A stretch of DNA of 64,000 nt, taken from assembly GCA_035695105.1 (NCBI GenBank), contig DASSEV010000004.1:21757-85756 (forward strand), given 5' to 3'. The notes below the pieces were generated by a model, which did not search any database, was not told the DNA's origin, and saw only the letters and a list, made by a program, of their open reading frames with translations. Numbering within the stretch: position 1 is the stretch's first letter; each line of letters begins with the position of its first letter. Position numbers and translations under genes: made by a program. The DNA is from Gaiellales bacterium (GTDB lineage Bacteria; Actinomycetota; Thermoleophilia; Gaiellales; JAICJC01). Shown here one piece after another: positions 26,601 to 36,896 of this stretch.

Positions 26601-27986
26601 CTAGACGGGTGGCCTCGGGAAGGGGTGGGCGGCCTCGTAGGCCGCCGCGGCGCGCAGCACCAGCGCGTCTTCGAGACGGCGCCCGACGATCTGCAGACCG
26701 ACCGGCAGACCGTCCGCGAGCCCGCACGGCACCGAGCACGCCGGCTGGCCGGTCAGGTTGAACGGGTAGCAGAACTGCGTCCACCCGAGGTCGTCGTATG
26801 CACGGCCGGCAACGGACACCGGCTGGTCGTCGCCCAGGGGGAAGGCCGTGCACGGCAGGGACGGGCAGAGCAGCAGGTGGTATCCCGCCAGGCGTTCGCC
26901 GATGGTGAGCAGCAGCGCGGCCCGGGCGTCCAGTGCCTCGCCCACCGCCTGCGACCCGCGCTCGGCGGCTCGCTCGACGAGCCGTACGAGACCGGGCGAC
27001 ACCTGGTCGCCGTGGTCGAGCGCGTCGGGGCAGGACGCCGCGAACATCGAGAGCCAGAGCTCCCGCTCGATCCACCAGGGATCCTCCAGCCCGAGGTCGA
27101 TCTCCTCCACGTCGTGTCCCAGCTCGGCGAATCGCCGCGCCGCCTCGGCGACGACCGACGCCACCTGCGGCTCGACGGCGGCATACCCGAGGTCCGGGCT
27201 GAAGGCGATGCGCAGCCTGGACAGCGGCCGGCCCAGCGCCTCGGCGAACGACCGCTCCGGCGGCGGCACCGAGAGGCGATCCCGGGCATCGAAGCCGACC
27301 ATCGCGTCGAGCAGCAGCGCCGCGTCCCCGACGGTGCGGGTGATCGGCCCCAGATGCGACAGCGCGAAGCCGCCGGCCGGCGGGTGCGCCACCAGCCCGA
27401 ACGTCGGCTTGTGCCCGAACACGCCGCAGAACGAAGCCGGGATGCGGATCGAGCCGGCGCCGTCCGAGCCCTGGTGGAGCGGCCCGAACCCGACGGCGGC
27501 CGCCACGGCGGCGCCGCTGGACGAGCCGCCCGGCGTGCGGTCGGCACGCCATGGATTGGGGCACGGGCCGTTGAGCGGGTTGCCGGAGTCGCCCTTGAAC
27601 CCGTGCTCCGGGACGGTGGTCTTGCCGAGTAGGACGGCGCCGGAGGCCGCCAGCCGCTCGGCGACGGGTGCGTCGGCGGCCGGCGCAGGATCGCGCCACA
27701 CGCGCGACCCGTAGCCGGTCGGGATGCCGCGGGTGGGTACGAGATCCTTCAGGGTGTAGGGCACGCCGCAGAGCGGTCCGGCGCCGCCGTCGCGCAGCAG
27801 ACCGTCGGCTCGTTGCGCATCGGCCATCGCCCGCTCCGGCGTGAGGGTGACGAAGGCGTTGAGCTCGCGGTCCATCCGGTCGATCCTGTCGAGCACCTCG
27901 CGGGTCACCTCGACAGCCGACCGCTCGCCGCGGCGATACACATCGGCGAGCGCCGCGGCACTGAGAAAGCCGGCCTCGTCTGGCAC
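26601..27986 (-). CDS. Amidase (amidase-signature family)
   Basis: Track ORF 461 aa. Contains GGSSSGAAVAAAVGFGPLHQGSDGAGSIRIPASFCG (AS signature, Ser-cisSer-Lys context). Confidence 0.9.
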   Translation of the reverse strand: MPDEAGFLSAAALADVYRRGERSAVEVTREVLDRIDRMDRELNAFVTLTPERAMADAQRADGLLRDGGAGPLCGVPYTLKDLVPTRGIPTGYGSRVWRDPAPAADAPVAERLAASGAVLLGKTTVPEHGFKGDSGNPLNGPCPNPWRADRTPGGSSSGAAVAAAVGFGPLHQGSDGAGSIRIPASFCGVFGHKPTFGLVAHPPAGGFALSHLGPITRTVGDAALLLDAMVGFDARDRLSVPPPERSFAEALGRPLSRLRIAFSPDLGYAAVEPQVASVVAEAARRFAELGHDVEEIDLGLEDPWWIERELWLSMFAASCPDALDHGDQVSPGLVRLVERAAERGSQAVGEALDARAALLLTIGERLAGYHLLLCPSLPCTAFPLGDDQPVSVAGRAYDDLGWTQFCYPFNLTGQPACSVPCGLADGLPVGLQIVGRRLEDALVLRAAAAYEAAHPFPRPPV

Positions 27987-28013
27987 CGCCGAGTTCTACC
28001 ATGGGCGGCGACC

Positions 28014-29294
28014 GTGGACTACGCCGATCGCACGCCGCGTTCCCGGGCGCTGAACGAGCAGTTCCAGCGCTGGATGCCGGGCGGGGACACGAGGTCGATC
28101 ACCTGGTTCGCGCCCTATCCGGCCGTGATCGACCACGGCGCCGGAAACGAGCTGATCGACGCCGACGGTCGATCGTACATCGACCTGCTGAACAACTACA
28201 CGGCTCTCGTCCACGGCCACGCGCATCCGCTGATCGTGCAGGCGATCGCGGAGCAGGCGGCACGCGGGACGGTGTTCCCAGCGCCGCACGCGGGGCAGGC
28301 CGCCCTGGCGGCCGAGCTAGCTCGGCGCGTACCGTCGGTCGAGCGCGTGCGGTTCACCAACTCGGGATCCGAGGCGGTGATGCAGGCGATCAAGGCCGCC
28401 CGCGCGTTCACAGGCCGGCCGCTGCTCGTGAAGGCCAAGGGCGGCTACCACGGCTCGTGGGATCAGGTGCCGCTGGTCGCCGGCGAGGCCGGCCAGGGCA
28501 CGCCAACGGAGCTCGAGGCGCTCGTGCGGATGGTGCCCTACAACGACCTGGACGCGCTGGAGGCGCTGCTCGCCGCGGAGGTCGGCCGGGTCGCCGCTGT
28601 GCTGCTCGAGCCCGTCATGGGCGAGGGCGTGATCGCCGCCGACGCGGACTACCTGCACGGCGTCCGCGAGCTGACGGAGGCGCACGGAGTGCTGATGGTG
28701 CTGGACGAGGTGGTGACGTTCCGCCTCGCGACCGGCGGCCGGCAGCAGGTGGTCGGGGTGTCGCCTGATCTGACGACGTTCGGGAAGATCATCGGCGGGG
28801 GCCTGCCTGTCGGTGCGGTGGGCGGCAGCGAGCGTGTGATGTCGGTGTTCGATCCGAGCCGGCCGCACCACCTCCACCACTCCGGGACGTTCAACGGGAA
28901 CGCGGTGACGGCGGCCGCCGGGATGGTGTCGCTGCAGCTGCTGACGGCCGCGGAGATCGAGCGGATCGACGGGCTGGCCGCCGCGCTGGCGTCCGGCCTG
29001 CGGGACGCGATGGCGGCGAACGGCCTCACCGGCCAGGTCACGCGCTGTGGATCGCTGCTGCACCTCCACTTCGACGTCGAGGCGGAGCCGCGGGCGTTCG
29101 CCGACCTCGCGCTCGACAGCCCGACGCTGGAGCGGATGCACCTGGCGTGCATGGAGGAGGGCCTTTTCATCGCCCCCCGCGGCCTGATGAACACGTCGAC
29201 CGCGATGAACGACGCGGTGGTCGCCGAAGCCGCCGAGCGCTTCGCCCGCGCCGCTGCGAGCGTGGCGCGGGCCGGCCGAACGACGGTCGCCTGA
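28014..29294 (+). CDS. Class-III (PLP) aminotransferase, glutamate-1-semialdehyde aminomutase-like
   Basis: Track ORF 27813..29294. GTG at 28014 gives VDYADRTPRSRALNEQFQRWMPGG...FTNSGSEAVMQAIKAAR...VLMVLDEVVTFR...TFGKIIGGG. The start is inferred. Confidence 0.85.
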   Translation: MDYADRTPRSRALNEQFQRWMPGGDTRSITWFAPYPAVIDHGAGNELIDADGRSYIDLLNNYTALVHGHAHPLIVQAIAEQAARGTVFPAPHAGQAALAAELARRVPSVERVRFTNSGSEAVMQAIKAARAFTGRPLLVKAKGGYHGSWDQVPLVAGEAGQGTPTELEALVRMVPYNDLDALEALLAAEVGRVAAVLLEPVMGEGVIAADADYLHGVRELTEAHGVLMVLDEVVTFRLATGGRQQVVGVSPDLTTFGKIIGGGLPVGAVGGSERVMSVFDPSRPHHLHHSGTFNGNAVTAAAGMVSLQLLTAAEIERIDGLAAALASGLRDAMAANGLTGQVTRCGSLLHLHFDVEAEPRAFADLALDSPTLERMHLACMEEGLFIAPRGLMNTSTAMNDAVVAEAAERFARAAASVARAGRTTVA

Positions 29295-29296
29295 GC

Positions 29297-30631
29297 ATGG
29301 CGGCGGTTGGCCTGCCGCTGGCCAGCGCATCCGGGTCGGACTGGGCGGTCGCAGCGGGCGCCGGGGTGATCCTCGCCTACGCGCTCGTCTCCCGCCGCCT
29401 CGACGCCACGCCTGTGACGGCGGCGATCTTCTTCGTGACCGCCGGGTTCCTGCTCGGCAGCCACGGCGCCGGGCTGATCGACCCCGGCGCCAGGAGCGAG
29501 TCGGTGCGGCTGCTCGCGGAGGTGACCCTCACGCTCGTGCTGTTCTCCGACGCATCCCGGCTCGATCTGGGAGCGCTGCGCGGCGAGTACCAGGTGCCCC
29601 TACGGCTGCTGGCGATCGGCTTGCCTCTGACGATCCTGGCCGGATGGGGGACGAGCCTGGTCGTATTCGGGTCGCTCACGGCCGGAGAGGCGCTGCTGCT
29701 CGCCATCATCCTCGCCCCCACCGACGCGGCGCTCGGGCAGGCCGTCGTCACCGACGAGCGCCTGCCGTCGCGCATCCGGCAGGGGCTCAACGTCGAGTCC
29801 GGGCTGAACGACGGGATCTGCGTACCTGTGCTGTTCGTCGCGCTGGCGCTGGCCGACAAGGAGGCCGGCACGATCAGCGCCCATGGGGCGATCACGCTGG
29901 TCGCGGAGGCGATCGGCTACGGGACGCTGTTCGGCGCGGTCGCCGGCGTCGGCGGTGCGCTGCTGCTCCGAGCGGCCGCGCAGCGCGGCCTGGCCGAGGC
30001 AGCCTGGATCCAGGTGGTTCCGGTCGGCACGGCGGCCGTCTCCTACGGGCTGGCAGCGCCGCTGGGCGGCAGCGGGTTCATCGCGGCGTTCGTGGCCGGG
30101 CTCGCGTTTGGCGCCATCCGCGGCCGCGCGGACGAGACCTACATGCTCGAGGAGCTGGGCGGCCTGGCGAACGCGGCCACGTTCATCGTGTTCGGCGCGG
30201 CGATCGTCGGGCCCATCCTGTCACACATGACCTGGAGGGAGGCCGCGTACGCGATCCTCAGCCTCACCGTGGTGCGCATGGTTCCGGTCGCGATCTCGTT
30301 CATCGGGACGCACCCGCAGCTGCCGACCGTGCTGTTCACGGGATGGTTCGGGCCGCGGGGGCTGGCGTCGATCGTGTTCACGGTGATCGTGCTGGACGAG
30401 TCCGACCTGTCACACGTGTCGACGATGACGGCGGTGGTCGTGCTGACCATCCTGATCTCCGTCTACGCACACGGGGTCACGGCGCGACCGCTGACCGGCC
30501 GGTACGCGGCCTGGTACGCGGCGCACCGCGAGCGCCGGCCGGAGTCGATGGAGACGGTCGAGGCCGGGCACCAGCGCTGGCGGCGTCCATCGGCGATCCC
30601 CGTGATCGGGGGCCGCCACACCAACGGCTAG
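29297..30631 (+). CDS. Cation:proton antiporter (CPA1/NhaP-type Na+/H+ exchanger)
   Basis: ATG at 29297 within track ORF 29147..30631. About 12 TM helices. Contains APTDAA and ESGLNDG motifs. Confidence 0.88.
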   Translation: MAAVGLPLASASGSDWAVAAGAGVILAYALVSRRLDATPVTAAIFFVTAGFLLGSHGAGLIDPGARSESVRLLAEVTLTLVLFSDASRLDLGALRGEYQVPLRLLAIGLPLTILAGWGTSLVVFGSLTAGEALLLAIILAPTDAALGQAVVTDERLPSRIRQGLNVESGLNDGICVPVLFVALALADKEAGTISAHGAITLVAEAIGYGTLFGAVAGVGGALLLRAAAQRGLAEAAWIQVVPVGTAAVSYGLAAPLGGSGFIAAFVAGLAFGAIRGRADETYMLEELGGLANAATFIVFGAAIVGPILSHMTWREAAYAILSLTVVRMVPVAISFIGTHPQLPTVLFTGWFGPRGLASIVFTVIVLDESDLSHVSTMTAVVVLTILISVYAHGVTARPLTGRYAAWYAAHRERRPESMETVEAGHQRWRRPSAIPVIGGRHTNG

Positions 30632-31479
30632 TGACGGTGGAGCGGCTCTCCCGGCTCGGTCGCCTGGATCACGCGCCAGCTGTCCCAGGTGATCTTGAGG
30701 ATGACGGCGGTGATCGCAAGCCCGATCAGCGGATCGGCGGTGTCCCAGCCGAGCCAGACGAGAGCGGCGCTCGCGATCACGCTCAACGAGACGTAGCCGT
30801 CCGCCCGGGCGTGGTTGCCGTCGGCGACCAGCGCGGGGCTGCGAAGCCGCTCGCCGCCGCGCAGGCGCACCCGCGCCGCGATCTCGTTCCCGGCGAAGCC
30901 GATCAGGCCGGCGAGCGCCAGCACCCCCAGGTGCGAGAGCGGCTGGGGATGGAGCAGCCGCTGGATCGTCTCGTACAGCGCCACGCACGCCGAGATGAAG
31001 ATGGCGAGCACGACGAACAGGCCCGCGACCTTCTCCCCTCGGTAGGAGCGAAGCCAGAATGCGATGCCGAGCGGCACCGCGGTCAGCGCGTCGCCGAAGT
31101 TGTGGATCATGTCGGCGAGCAGCGCGACCGAGCCCGAGGCGAGGAAGATCACCGCCTGCAGGGCGGCCGTGAGCCCGAGCACTCCGAGGCTGATCGCGAC
31201 GGTGCGCACGCCGTCACGGGAGCGGAGAATGGAGCGGTCAACGAGCCCGTGTGAGTGCCCGTGGCCGTCGTCGTGGTGGTGGCCGTGGTGATGGTGGTCA
31301 TGGTCGTGGTCGTGGTGATGATCCTGCTCGGCTGGATGCTCGTGATCGTGGGCGGCGGGATCGTCATGCACCACGCCGCGCGGGTGCGTGTGGCGATGCG
31401 AATGCACGAGCGCGCCGTGGCGATGCTCGTGGGTGTGGGTGAACTCGCGGCGCGAGTGGAGATTGCGAAGTGAGGGCAT
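30628..31479 (-). CDS. Cation diffusion facilitator (CDF) transporter with ~80-aa His-rich N-terminus and no recognisable C-terminal cytoplasmic domain
   Basis: Track ORF 283 aa. N-terminus reads ...HDHEHPAEQDHHHDHDHDHHHHGHHHDDGHGHSHG. CDF TM2/TM5 motifs SVALLADMIHNFGD and ADGNHARADG. The protein ends about 20 aa after TM6. Confidence 0.85.
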   Translation of the reverse strand: MPSLRNLHSRREFTHTHEHRHGALVHSHRHTHPRGVVHDDPAAHDHEHPAEQDHHHDHDHDHHHHGHHHDDGHGHSHGLVDRSILRSRDGVRTVAISLGVLGLTAALQAVIFLASGSVALLADMIHNFGDALTAVPLGIAFWLRSYRGEKVAGLFVVLAIFISACVALYETIQRLLHPQPLSHLGVLALAGLIGFAGNEIAARVRLRGGERLRSPALVADGNHARADGYVSLSVIASAALVWLGWDTADPLIGLAITAVILKITWDSWRVIQATEPGEPLHRH

Positions 31480-31509
31480 CGCCTCAGAGTAATTACCTCA
31501 GCCGGCGAT
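31478..31509. promoter_or_regulatory. AT-rich imperfect palindrome in the CDF/glbO divergent spacer (operator candidate)
   Basis: ATCGCC-tcaGAGTAATTACcTCagcc-GGCGAT. Outer 6-bp arms plus a near-palindrome centred on TAATTA. It is the only AT-rich patch in a 47-nt spacer. Confidence 0.3.
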
Positions 31510-31526
31510 ATCGTCCAGACCCAGTC

Positions 31527-31937
31527 ATGGCGCCCGACCCGCCGGCCATCTCCCACCACCTGCCCAGCTCGACGCTCTATGACCGCGTCGGCGGCGAGGC
31601 CTTCTTCGTCCAACTCGTCGAAAGCTTCTACGAAGGCGTCGAGTCGGACCCGGTGCTCCGGCCGGTCTACCCGGACGACCTCGGGCCGGGGAAGGCCAAC
31701 CTGGCCGCGTTCCTGGCGCAGTACTGGGGAGGCCCGCCGGATTACAGCGCGCGGCGCGGGCACCCGCGGCTACGGATGAGGCACTTCCCGTTCGCGATCG
31801 GCGCTTCCGAGCGGGATGCCTGGGTCAGGCACATGGTGGCGGCCGTCCAGCAGAGCGAGGCCTCCCCGGCCGACCGCGAGGCGCTGATCGAGTACGTCGA
31901 ACGGGCGGCGACCGCAATGATCAACCAGCCTCTGTAG
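31527..31937 (+). CDS. glbO: Group II truncated hemoglobin (trHbO)
   Basis: ATG at 31527 within track ORF 31470..31937. Reads [73 protein letters not shown]. Confidence 0.88.
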   Translation: MAPDPPAISHHLPSSTLYDRVGGEAFFVQLVESFYEGVESDPVLRPVYPDDLGPGKANLAAFLAQYWGGPPDYSARRGHPRLRMRHFPFAIGASERDAWVRHMVAAVQQSEASPADREALIEYVERAATAMINQPL

Positions 31938-33636
31938 GCAGCGGGCCCGCGTCGCGCGGGGGCGGTGCCTGATCGCCGGCCGAGACGCGCTCCGCGGGGC
32001 GGCGGTAGTACTCGGTCGTGATCGGCTCGAGCGGCGTGTTCCCGAGGATCAGGTCGGCTGACTTCTCGGCCACCATCATCACCGGCGCGTAGATGTTGGC
32101 ATTCGTCACGTACGGGAAGACCGAGGCGTCAACCACCCGCAAGCCGGTGACTCCGTGCACCCGCATCGTGGAAGGGTCGACCACCGACCGGTCGTCGACG
32201 CCCATCTTGCACGTGCAGGAGGGGTGCAGCGCCGTCTCGGCGTCGCGGGCGACCCAGTCGAGGATCTCGCTGTCGCTCTCCACCGACGGCCCTGGGGACA
32301 GCTCACCGCCGTTGAAGGGATCAAACGCGGGCTGGGTGAGGATGTGCCGGGCTGTGCGGATCGCCTCAACCCACTCCTTGCGGTCGCTCGGCGTCGACAG
32401 GTAGTTGAACCGAAGCGCCGGCTTTGCATGCGGATCGGCGGAGCGGATGGTGACCGACCCGCGGGTGTCGGCGTACATCGGGCCGATGTGCACCTGGTAT
32501 CCGTGGTCGGACGCCGGCGCCGACCCGTCGTAGCGGATCGCCAACGGAAGGAAGTGGAACATCAGGTTCGGGTAGTCCACCTGGTCGTTGGAGCGCGCGA
32601 AGCCACCGCCCTCGAAGTGGTTCGTGGCGCCGGGCCCGCTGCGCCGGAACAGCCAGTTGAGGAACACGGACGGGCGGTTTCGGTAGAGCAGGGCCGGCGC
32701 CACCGAGACCGGCTGCGTGCACGCGTACTGCACGTACACCTCGAGATGATCCTGCAGATTCTCACCGACGCCGGGCAGGTCGTTGACCAACGGAATGCCG
32801 AGACCACGAAGGTGCGTGCCGTTGCCGATGCCCGACAGCTGCAGGAGCTGTGGCGAGTTGATCGCTCCGCCACACAGGATGATCTCGCCACCGCGGGCAC
32901 GCCGGCCGCTGCCGCGGAGATCGAAGTCGACGCCCACGGCCCTGCTCCCCTCGAACACCACCCGCTTGACGAGGGCGCCGGTGACGACACGCAGGTTCGG
33001 CCGGCGCATCGCGGGATGCAGGTACGCCTGGGCGGCGCTCCAGCGACGGCCGTGCTTGATGTTGCGGTCGAAGGGCGCGAACCCCTCCTGGCGGAAGCCG
33101 TTGACGTCCTCGGTCAACTCGAAGCCGGCCTGCTGCACCGCGTCGAAGAACGCTCGGAAGAGCGGGCTGTCCGCCGGGCCGCGCTCCAGCCAGAGCGGGC
33201 CGTCGTGCCCGCGCCAGATGTCATCGCCCGCCGTGGAGTTCTCCATCCGCTTGAAGTACGGCAGGCAGTGGTGGAAGTCCCAGTCGGCCATGCCCGGGTC
33301 GGCCGCCCAGCGCTCGTAGTCCATCGGATTGCCGCGCTGGAAGATCATGCCGTTTATGCTGCTCGAGCCGCCCAGCACCTTCCCACGTGCGTGATAGATG
33401 CGCCGCCCGTTCATGTACGGCTCCGGCTCCGATTCATACTTCCAGTCGTAGAACCGATTGCCGATCGGCCACGTGAGCGCGGCCGGCATGTGGATCAGGG
33501 CGTCCCAGCGGGCGTCTGCCCGCCCGGCCTCGAGCACGAGCACGCGCGTGCCCGGATCGGCGCTCAGGCGGCTTGCCAGCGCACACCCGGCGGATCCACC
33601 GCCGACGATGATGAAGTCATACTGACCTGGGGACAT
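31921..33636 (-). CDS. GMC-family FAD oxidoreductase (choline dehydrogenase-like)
   Basis: 571 aa from [25 protein letters not shown]..., inside track ORF 31921..33954. Contains [11 protein letters not shown] and the C-terminal HPSCTCKMG motif. Confidence 0.9.
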   Translation of the reverse strand: MSPGQYDFIIVGGGSAGCALASRLSADPGTRVLVLEAGRADARWDALIHMPAALTWPIGNRFYDWKYESEPEPYMNGRRIYHARGKVLGGSSSINGMIFQRGNPMDYERWAADPGMADWDFHHCLPYFKRMENSTAGDDIWRGHDGPLWLERGPADSPLFRAFFDAVQQAGFELTEDVNGFRQEGFAPFDRNIKHGRRWSAAQAYLHPAMRRPNLRVVTGALVKRVVFEGSRAVGVDFDLRGSGRRARGGEIILCGGAINSPQLLQLSGIGNGTHLRGLGIPLVNDLPGVGENLQDHLEVYVQYACTQPVSVAPALLYRNRPSVFLNWLFRRSGPGATNHFEGGGFARSNDQVDYPNLMFHFLPLAIRYDGSAPASDHGYQVHIGPMYADTRGSVTIRSADPHAKPALRFNYLSTPSDRKEWVEAIRTARHILTQPAFDPFNGGELSPGPSVESDSEILDWVARDAETALHPSCTCKMGVDDRSVVDPSTMRVHGVTGLRVVDASVFPYVTNANIYAPVMMVAEKSADLILGNTPLEPITTEYYRRPAERVSAGDQAPPPRDAGPLPTEAG

Positions 33637-33664
33637 CGGGACTCCTGTGTTCGAGTGGTCGGGT

Positions 33665-35635
33665 CTACAGCGCGGAGGCGGCGACGAGGCCGTCCAGCAC
33701 CGCCTCCTCGACGGTGCGCGGGGCAAGCGAATCGCCGACCACATGGAGCTCGAACTCCTCCCGGTCGAGCTCGTTGGCGAGGCCGGCCACCGAGTCGTGG
33801 CCCTGGGCGAGGACGAGCGCCGCCGCGTCTTCGACGACGACCGCCTCCTCGGTGAGGACGTGCTGGAGGTAGACGCTGTCGGCGTCCGCGCCGTAGGGGC
33901 GTACCAGTGGGACGATCGACACGCCGAGCGCGGTCGCCTCGGCCAGCATCGCATCCCGAACGTACTGCTGGATCCGCTGGCCCGGGTGATAGCCGGACAC
34001 GCCGAGCGTCACGGGGTGGCCCCGCTGCGCGAGCAGGTTGGCGATCCCGAGCCCGATCCAGTCGCACCGCCAGTCGGCGACCACCACACGCCCCGGCGGC
34101 ACATCGGCGCCGCGAAGCACATCCCAGGCGGTCATGACCACCGGTGAGTCGACCAGCTCCAGGGGTGGCACACGCGGCGTGGCGCCGGTGGCCACGACCA
34201 CGGCGTCCGGCATTCGGTCGGCGACGACCTGCGCGTCCACACTGCTCCCCATGAGCAGCTGCACACCTGCCCGGCGCGCCTCGCCGGCCAGGTTCTCGAC
34301 GATGCCGCCGATCTCGGCGCGCCCGGGCAGGTTCTGCGCGAGCATGAGCTGCCCGCCGAGCACCCGCGACGCCTCCATGAGGGTCACCCGATGGCCGCGC
34401 TCGGCGGCCACGGCCGCGGCCTTGAGCCCCGCCGGCCCGCCGCCCACCACCAGCACGTCCTTGACCCGATCGGCCCGCGTTCGGGTTCCGTACTGACGCT
34501 CGCGGCCGGTCTCCGGATGCTGGACGCACGAGATGGGGTAGCCGGCGTGGAAGTGCCCGATGCAGGCCTGGTTACAGCCGACGCACGAACGGATCGCATC
34601 GAACTCTCCGCGCGCGGCCTTTGCGGGCATGTCGGGATCGCAGATCAGTGCCCGGGTCATCACCGCCGCGTCCGCGTCGCCGCGAGCGAGGATGCGCTCC
34701 GCGTCCTGCGGGGCGTTGATACGGCCGGCCACCATCACGGGCACGGCAGCGACGGACTTCACCCGCGCGCCGAGCGGCGCCGTGTAGCCGATCGGCATCG
34801 TCATCGGCGGCACGATGTGGTCCGATCCCGCCAGCGTCGCGGACGAGCCGACGACGACCGACACGTAGTCGATCTGCCCCTCCGCCTGCAGAGCGGCAAG
34901 CGCCGCAAGCGCCTCGTCGGCGGTCAGCCCGTCCGCAGATCGCTCGCCGACCGAGATCCGCACACCCACCGCCAGGTCCGGTCCGGCATTCACACGAACG
35001 GCCGAGAGCACCTCCCGCAGGAACCGCAGCCGGTTTGCAGCAGAGCCTCCGTACCGGTCGGTGCGGCGGTTCGTCCGCGGGTTGAGGAACTGGGCGGGGA
35101 GATACCCATGCGAGGCGACCACCTCGACCCCGTCGAAGCCCGACTCCCGCACGCGGGCAGCGGCGGCTCCGTAGCAGCCGACCATCTCCTCGATCAGCTC
35201 GGTCGGCATCGCACGCGGCATGACGTGGAACCGCTCGTTGGGGACGGCGGACGGGGCGAGCGCCACCGGCAGCGTCCCGTCGTCGGACTCCATCGATTCC
35301 CGGCCGTCATGGAACAGCTGCTGGAACACCGGGACGCCGTGAACATGGATGGCGTCTGCGAGCCGGGTCAGCCCGGGGACACAGGAGTTGTCATCGGCCA
35401 TGAGCGTGTGGCTCGTGTACCGGGCCGAAGGATGCACCCCGGCGACCTGCACGACGATCAGACCAACTCCTCCGCGTGCGCGGGCCTCGTGATACGCGAT
35501 CAGCCGGTCCGTAACCTTGCCGTTGTCGGCCATCACGGTGTCATGTCCCGAGGACACGATCCGGTTCGGCAGCACCACCGGCCCAACGCCCAGCGGCGAG
35601 AACAGGTGATGCAGGTGACGGGCGCCCGCCAGCAC
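33665..35635 (-). CDS. Two-domain OYE-like FMN / 4Fe-4S / FAD-NAD(P) oxidoreductase (2,4-dienoyl-CoA reductase / amine demethylase-like)
   Basis: Track ORF 656 aa. N-terminal OYE barrel, Cys cluster [20 protein letters not shown], then [14 protein letters not shown] Rossmann motif. Confidence 0.88.
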   Translation of the reverse strand: MLAGARHLHHLFSPLGVGPVVLPNRIVSSGHDTVMADNGKVTDRLIAYHEARARGGVGLIVVQVAGVHPSARYTSHTLMADDNSCVPGLTRLADAIHVHGVPVFQQLFHDGRESMESDDGTLPVALAPSAVPNERFHVMPRAMPTELIEEMVGCYGAAAARVRESGFDGVEVVASHGYLPAQFLNPRTNRRTDRYGGSAANRLRFLREVLSAVRVNAGPDLAVGVRISVGERSADGLTADEALAALAALQAEGQIDYVSVVVGSSATLAGSDHIVPPMTMPIGYTAPLGARVKSVAAVPVMVAGRINAPQDAERILARGDADAAVMTRALICDPDMPAKAARGEFDAIRSCVGCNQACIGHFHAGYPISCVQHPETGRERQYGTRTRADRVKDVLVVGGGPAGLKAAAVAAERGHRVTLMEASRVLGGQLMLAQNLPGRAEIGGIVENLAGEARRAGVQLLMGSSVDAQVVADRMPDAVVVATGATPRVPPLELVDSPVVMTAWDVLRGADVPPGRVVVADWRCDWIGLGIANLLAQRGHPVTLGVSGYHPGQRIQQYVRDAMLAEATALGVSIVPLVRPYGADADSVYLQHVLTEEAVVVEDAAALVLAQGHDSVAGLANELDREEFELHVVGDSLAPRTVEEAVLDGLVAASAL

Positions 35636-35799
35636 GGTTCGCCAAGCATGCTCGTCGGGGCCCGCGGCGCCATCAGTGTCTCCGCGGATCCCACCGTGCG
35701 GGAATCCCCGACACGTGCGCGCAGACTCTCATGGATTTCCCACCGCGGTCTCATCGCGCTCTCAGCGGGCGGTGGGACACTCATGGCGAGGTGATCTCC

Positions 35800-36036
35800 A
35801 TGCCACAACCACCAGACCATCAGGCAGACAAGCTGCTCACGAGGCTGCTCGACTACCTCACGGCCCGCCGCGCGTTCGAGCTCGCCGTCGAGGAGGCGCG
35901 CCGCAAGGGGTGGAGCGAGCAGGACATCCAGCGGGTGACGGGGCTGTCGACCATCGGGAGCGCTCCCGCGCTGCGCCGGCGGGGCGGCTCGCCGGCACCC
36001 GGTTCGACGGATCACGATCGACCCGCCGCCGCCTGA
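35800..36036 (+). CDS. Small hypothetical protein (possible HTH)
   Basis: ATG at 35800 within track ORF 35731..36036, MPQPPDHQADKLLTRLLDYLTARRAFELAVEEARRKGWSEQDIQRVTGLS... No family recognised. Confidence 0.25.
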   Translation: MPQPPDHQADKLLTRLLDYLTARRAFELAVEEARRKGWSEQDIQRVTGLSTIGSAPALRRRGGSPAPGSTDHDRPAAA

Positions 36037-36236
36037 GGACTTCCTCACCCTTCTCTGACACCCCGGCCTTCGCGGCACGAACTACAACCGGCCAACTGGT
36101 CTGAAACGGCCTCGCTGGGAGATAGGGCTGATCCCAGGTTCTCCTGCGGGGCCTGGTTGCGCGTGATGCGCGAGCCTGCTTGAGCCCTTATGTGACACCT
36201 GCTTGGGGACGTACGTGACATGTTGACGGCTCGTCC

Positions 36237-36896
36237 CTAGCAGCAGCCGTCGGCGCAGCCCTCTCCTCGCCAGCTCTCGACACCCTCGTTGGCTGCCACG
36301 GCGGCGATGACGAGCGCGGCGAGCGGGTCGGCCCACCACCATCCCAACAGCGCGTTTGCTCCCAGGCCGACGAGCAGGGCGATGGACAGGTAGGCGCAGA
36401 TCATGTTCTGCGCGGCTTCGCTTTGGGTGGCATGGGAGCCGAGCTGGCGGCCCACGCGGCGCTTGGCACGGGCGAGGAGCGGCATCGTCGGCGCGGTGAC
36501 CAGGGCGAGTCCGATCCCGACCCAGCTGGTGCCGGGATGGTCTGCTCCGGCGAGGGTGCGCAACGACTCGACGGTCACATACGCGGCGAGCAGGAAGAAT
36601 GAGACGGCGATCGCCTGCTGGGCGCGGCGCTCGGCGGTCGGGGAGTGCACGCGCCGGCCCGTGAACAGCCAGACGATGACCGTGCCGGCGAGCAGCTCGA
36701 TCAGGCTGTCGATGCCGAAGCCGACCAGCGCGATCGAGCCGGCGGCTGCGCCGGCGGCGACGGCGATCGCAAACTCGATCAGGTGCCAGGCGTTGCCGCC
36801 CCATGCCAGCTGCCGGGCGCGACGCTCCAGCGCATCCCGCTCCGCCCGTGACGCGGGAGAGCTGATCTGTACGAGCGGTGCCTGGCTGGTGCTCAT
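36237..36896 (-). CDS. CDF-like cation transporter, membrane domain only, with C-terminal Cys motif (CADGCC)
   Basis: Track ORF 219 aa, 6 TM helices. Contains GFGIDSLIELLAG and ATQSEAAQNMICAYLS. ATGA overlap with upstream czcD. Confidence 0.6.
   Translation of the reverse strand: MSTSQAPLVQISSPASRAERDALERRARQLAWGGNAWHLIEFAIAVAAGAAAGSIALVGFGIDSLIELLAGTVIVWLFTGRRVHSPTAERRAQQAIAVSFFLLAAYVTVESLRTLAGADHPGTSWVGIGLALVTAPTMPLLARAKRRVGRQLGSHATQSEAAQNMICAYLSIALLVGLGANALLGWWWADPLAALVIAAVAANEGVESWRGEGCADGCC

Noticed and set aside
24781-28002. Track ORF of 1073 aa spanning the permease, ABC ATPase and amidase region, as a possible giant fusion protein.
   Set aside because: Only its C-terminal 286 aa are in the permease frame. 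The upstream part is out of frame with the clearly recognisable ATPase (25641..26585) and amidase (26601..27986) ORFs.
31255-31330. Short tandem GTGGTC/GTGATG-type repeats; also the CACGGCC repeats at 21430-21556. Considered as a possible CRISPR or microsatellite.
   Set aside because: They are codon-level repeats encoding His/Asp-rich protein tails. There is no repeat-spacer architecture, and no CRISPR array anywhere in the window.
32155-35794. Long plus-strand ORFs (32155..33855, 566 aa; 34391..35794, 467 aa) antisense to the GMC and OYE-type genes.
   Set aside because: They are off-frame high-GC artefacts. The minus-strand frames carry complete, motif-rich flavoenzyme sequences.
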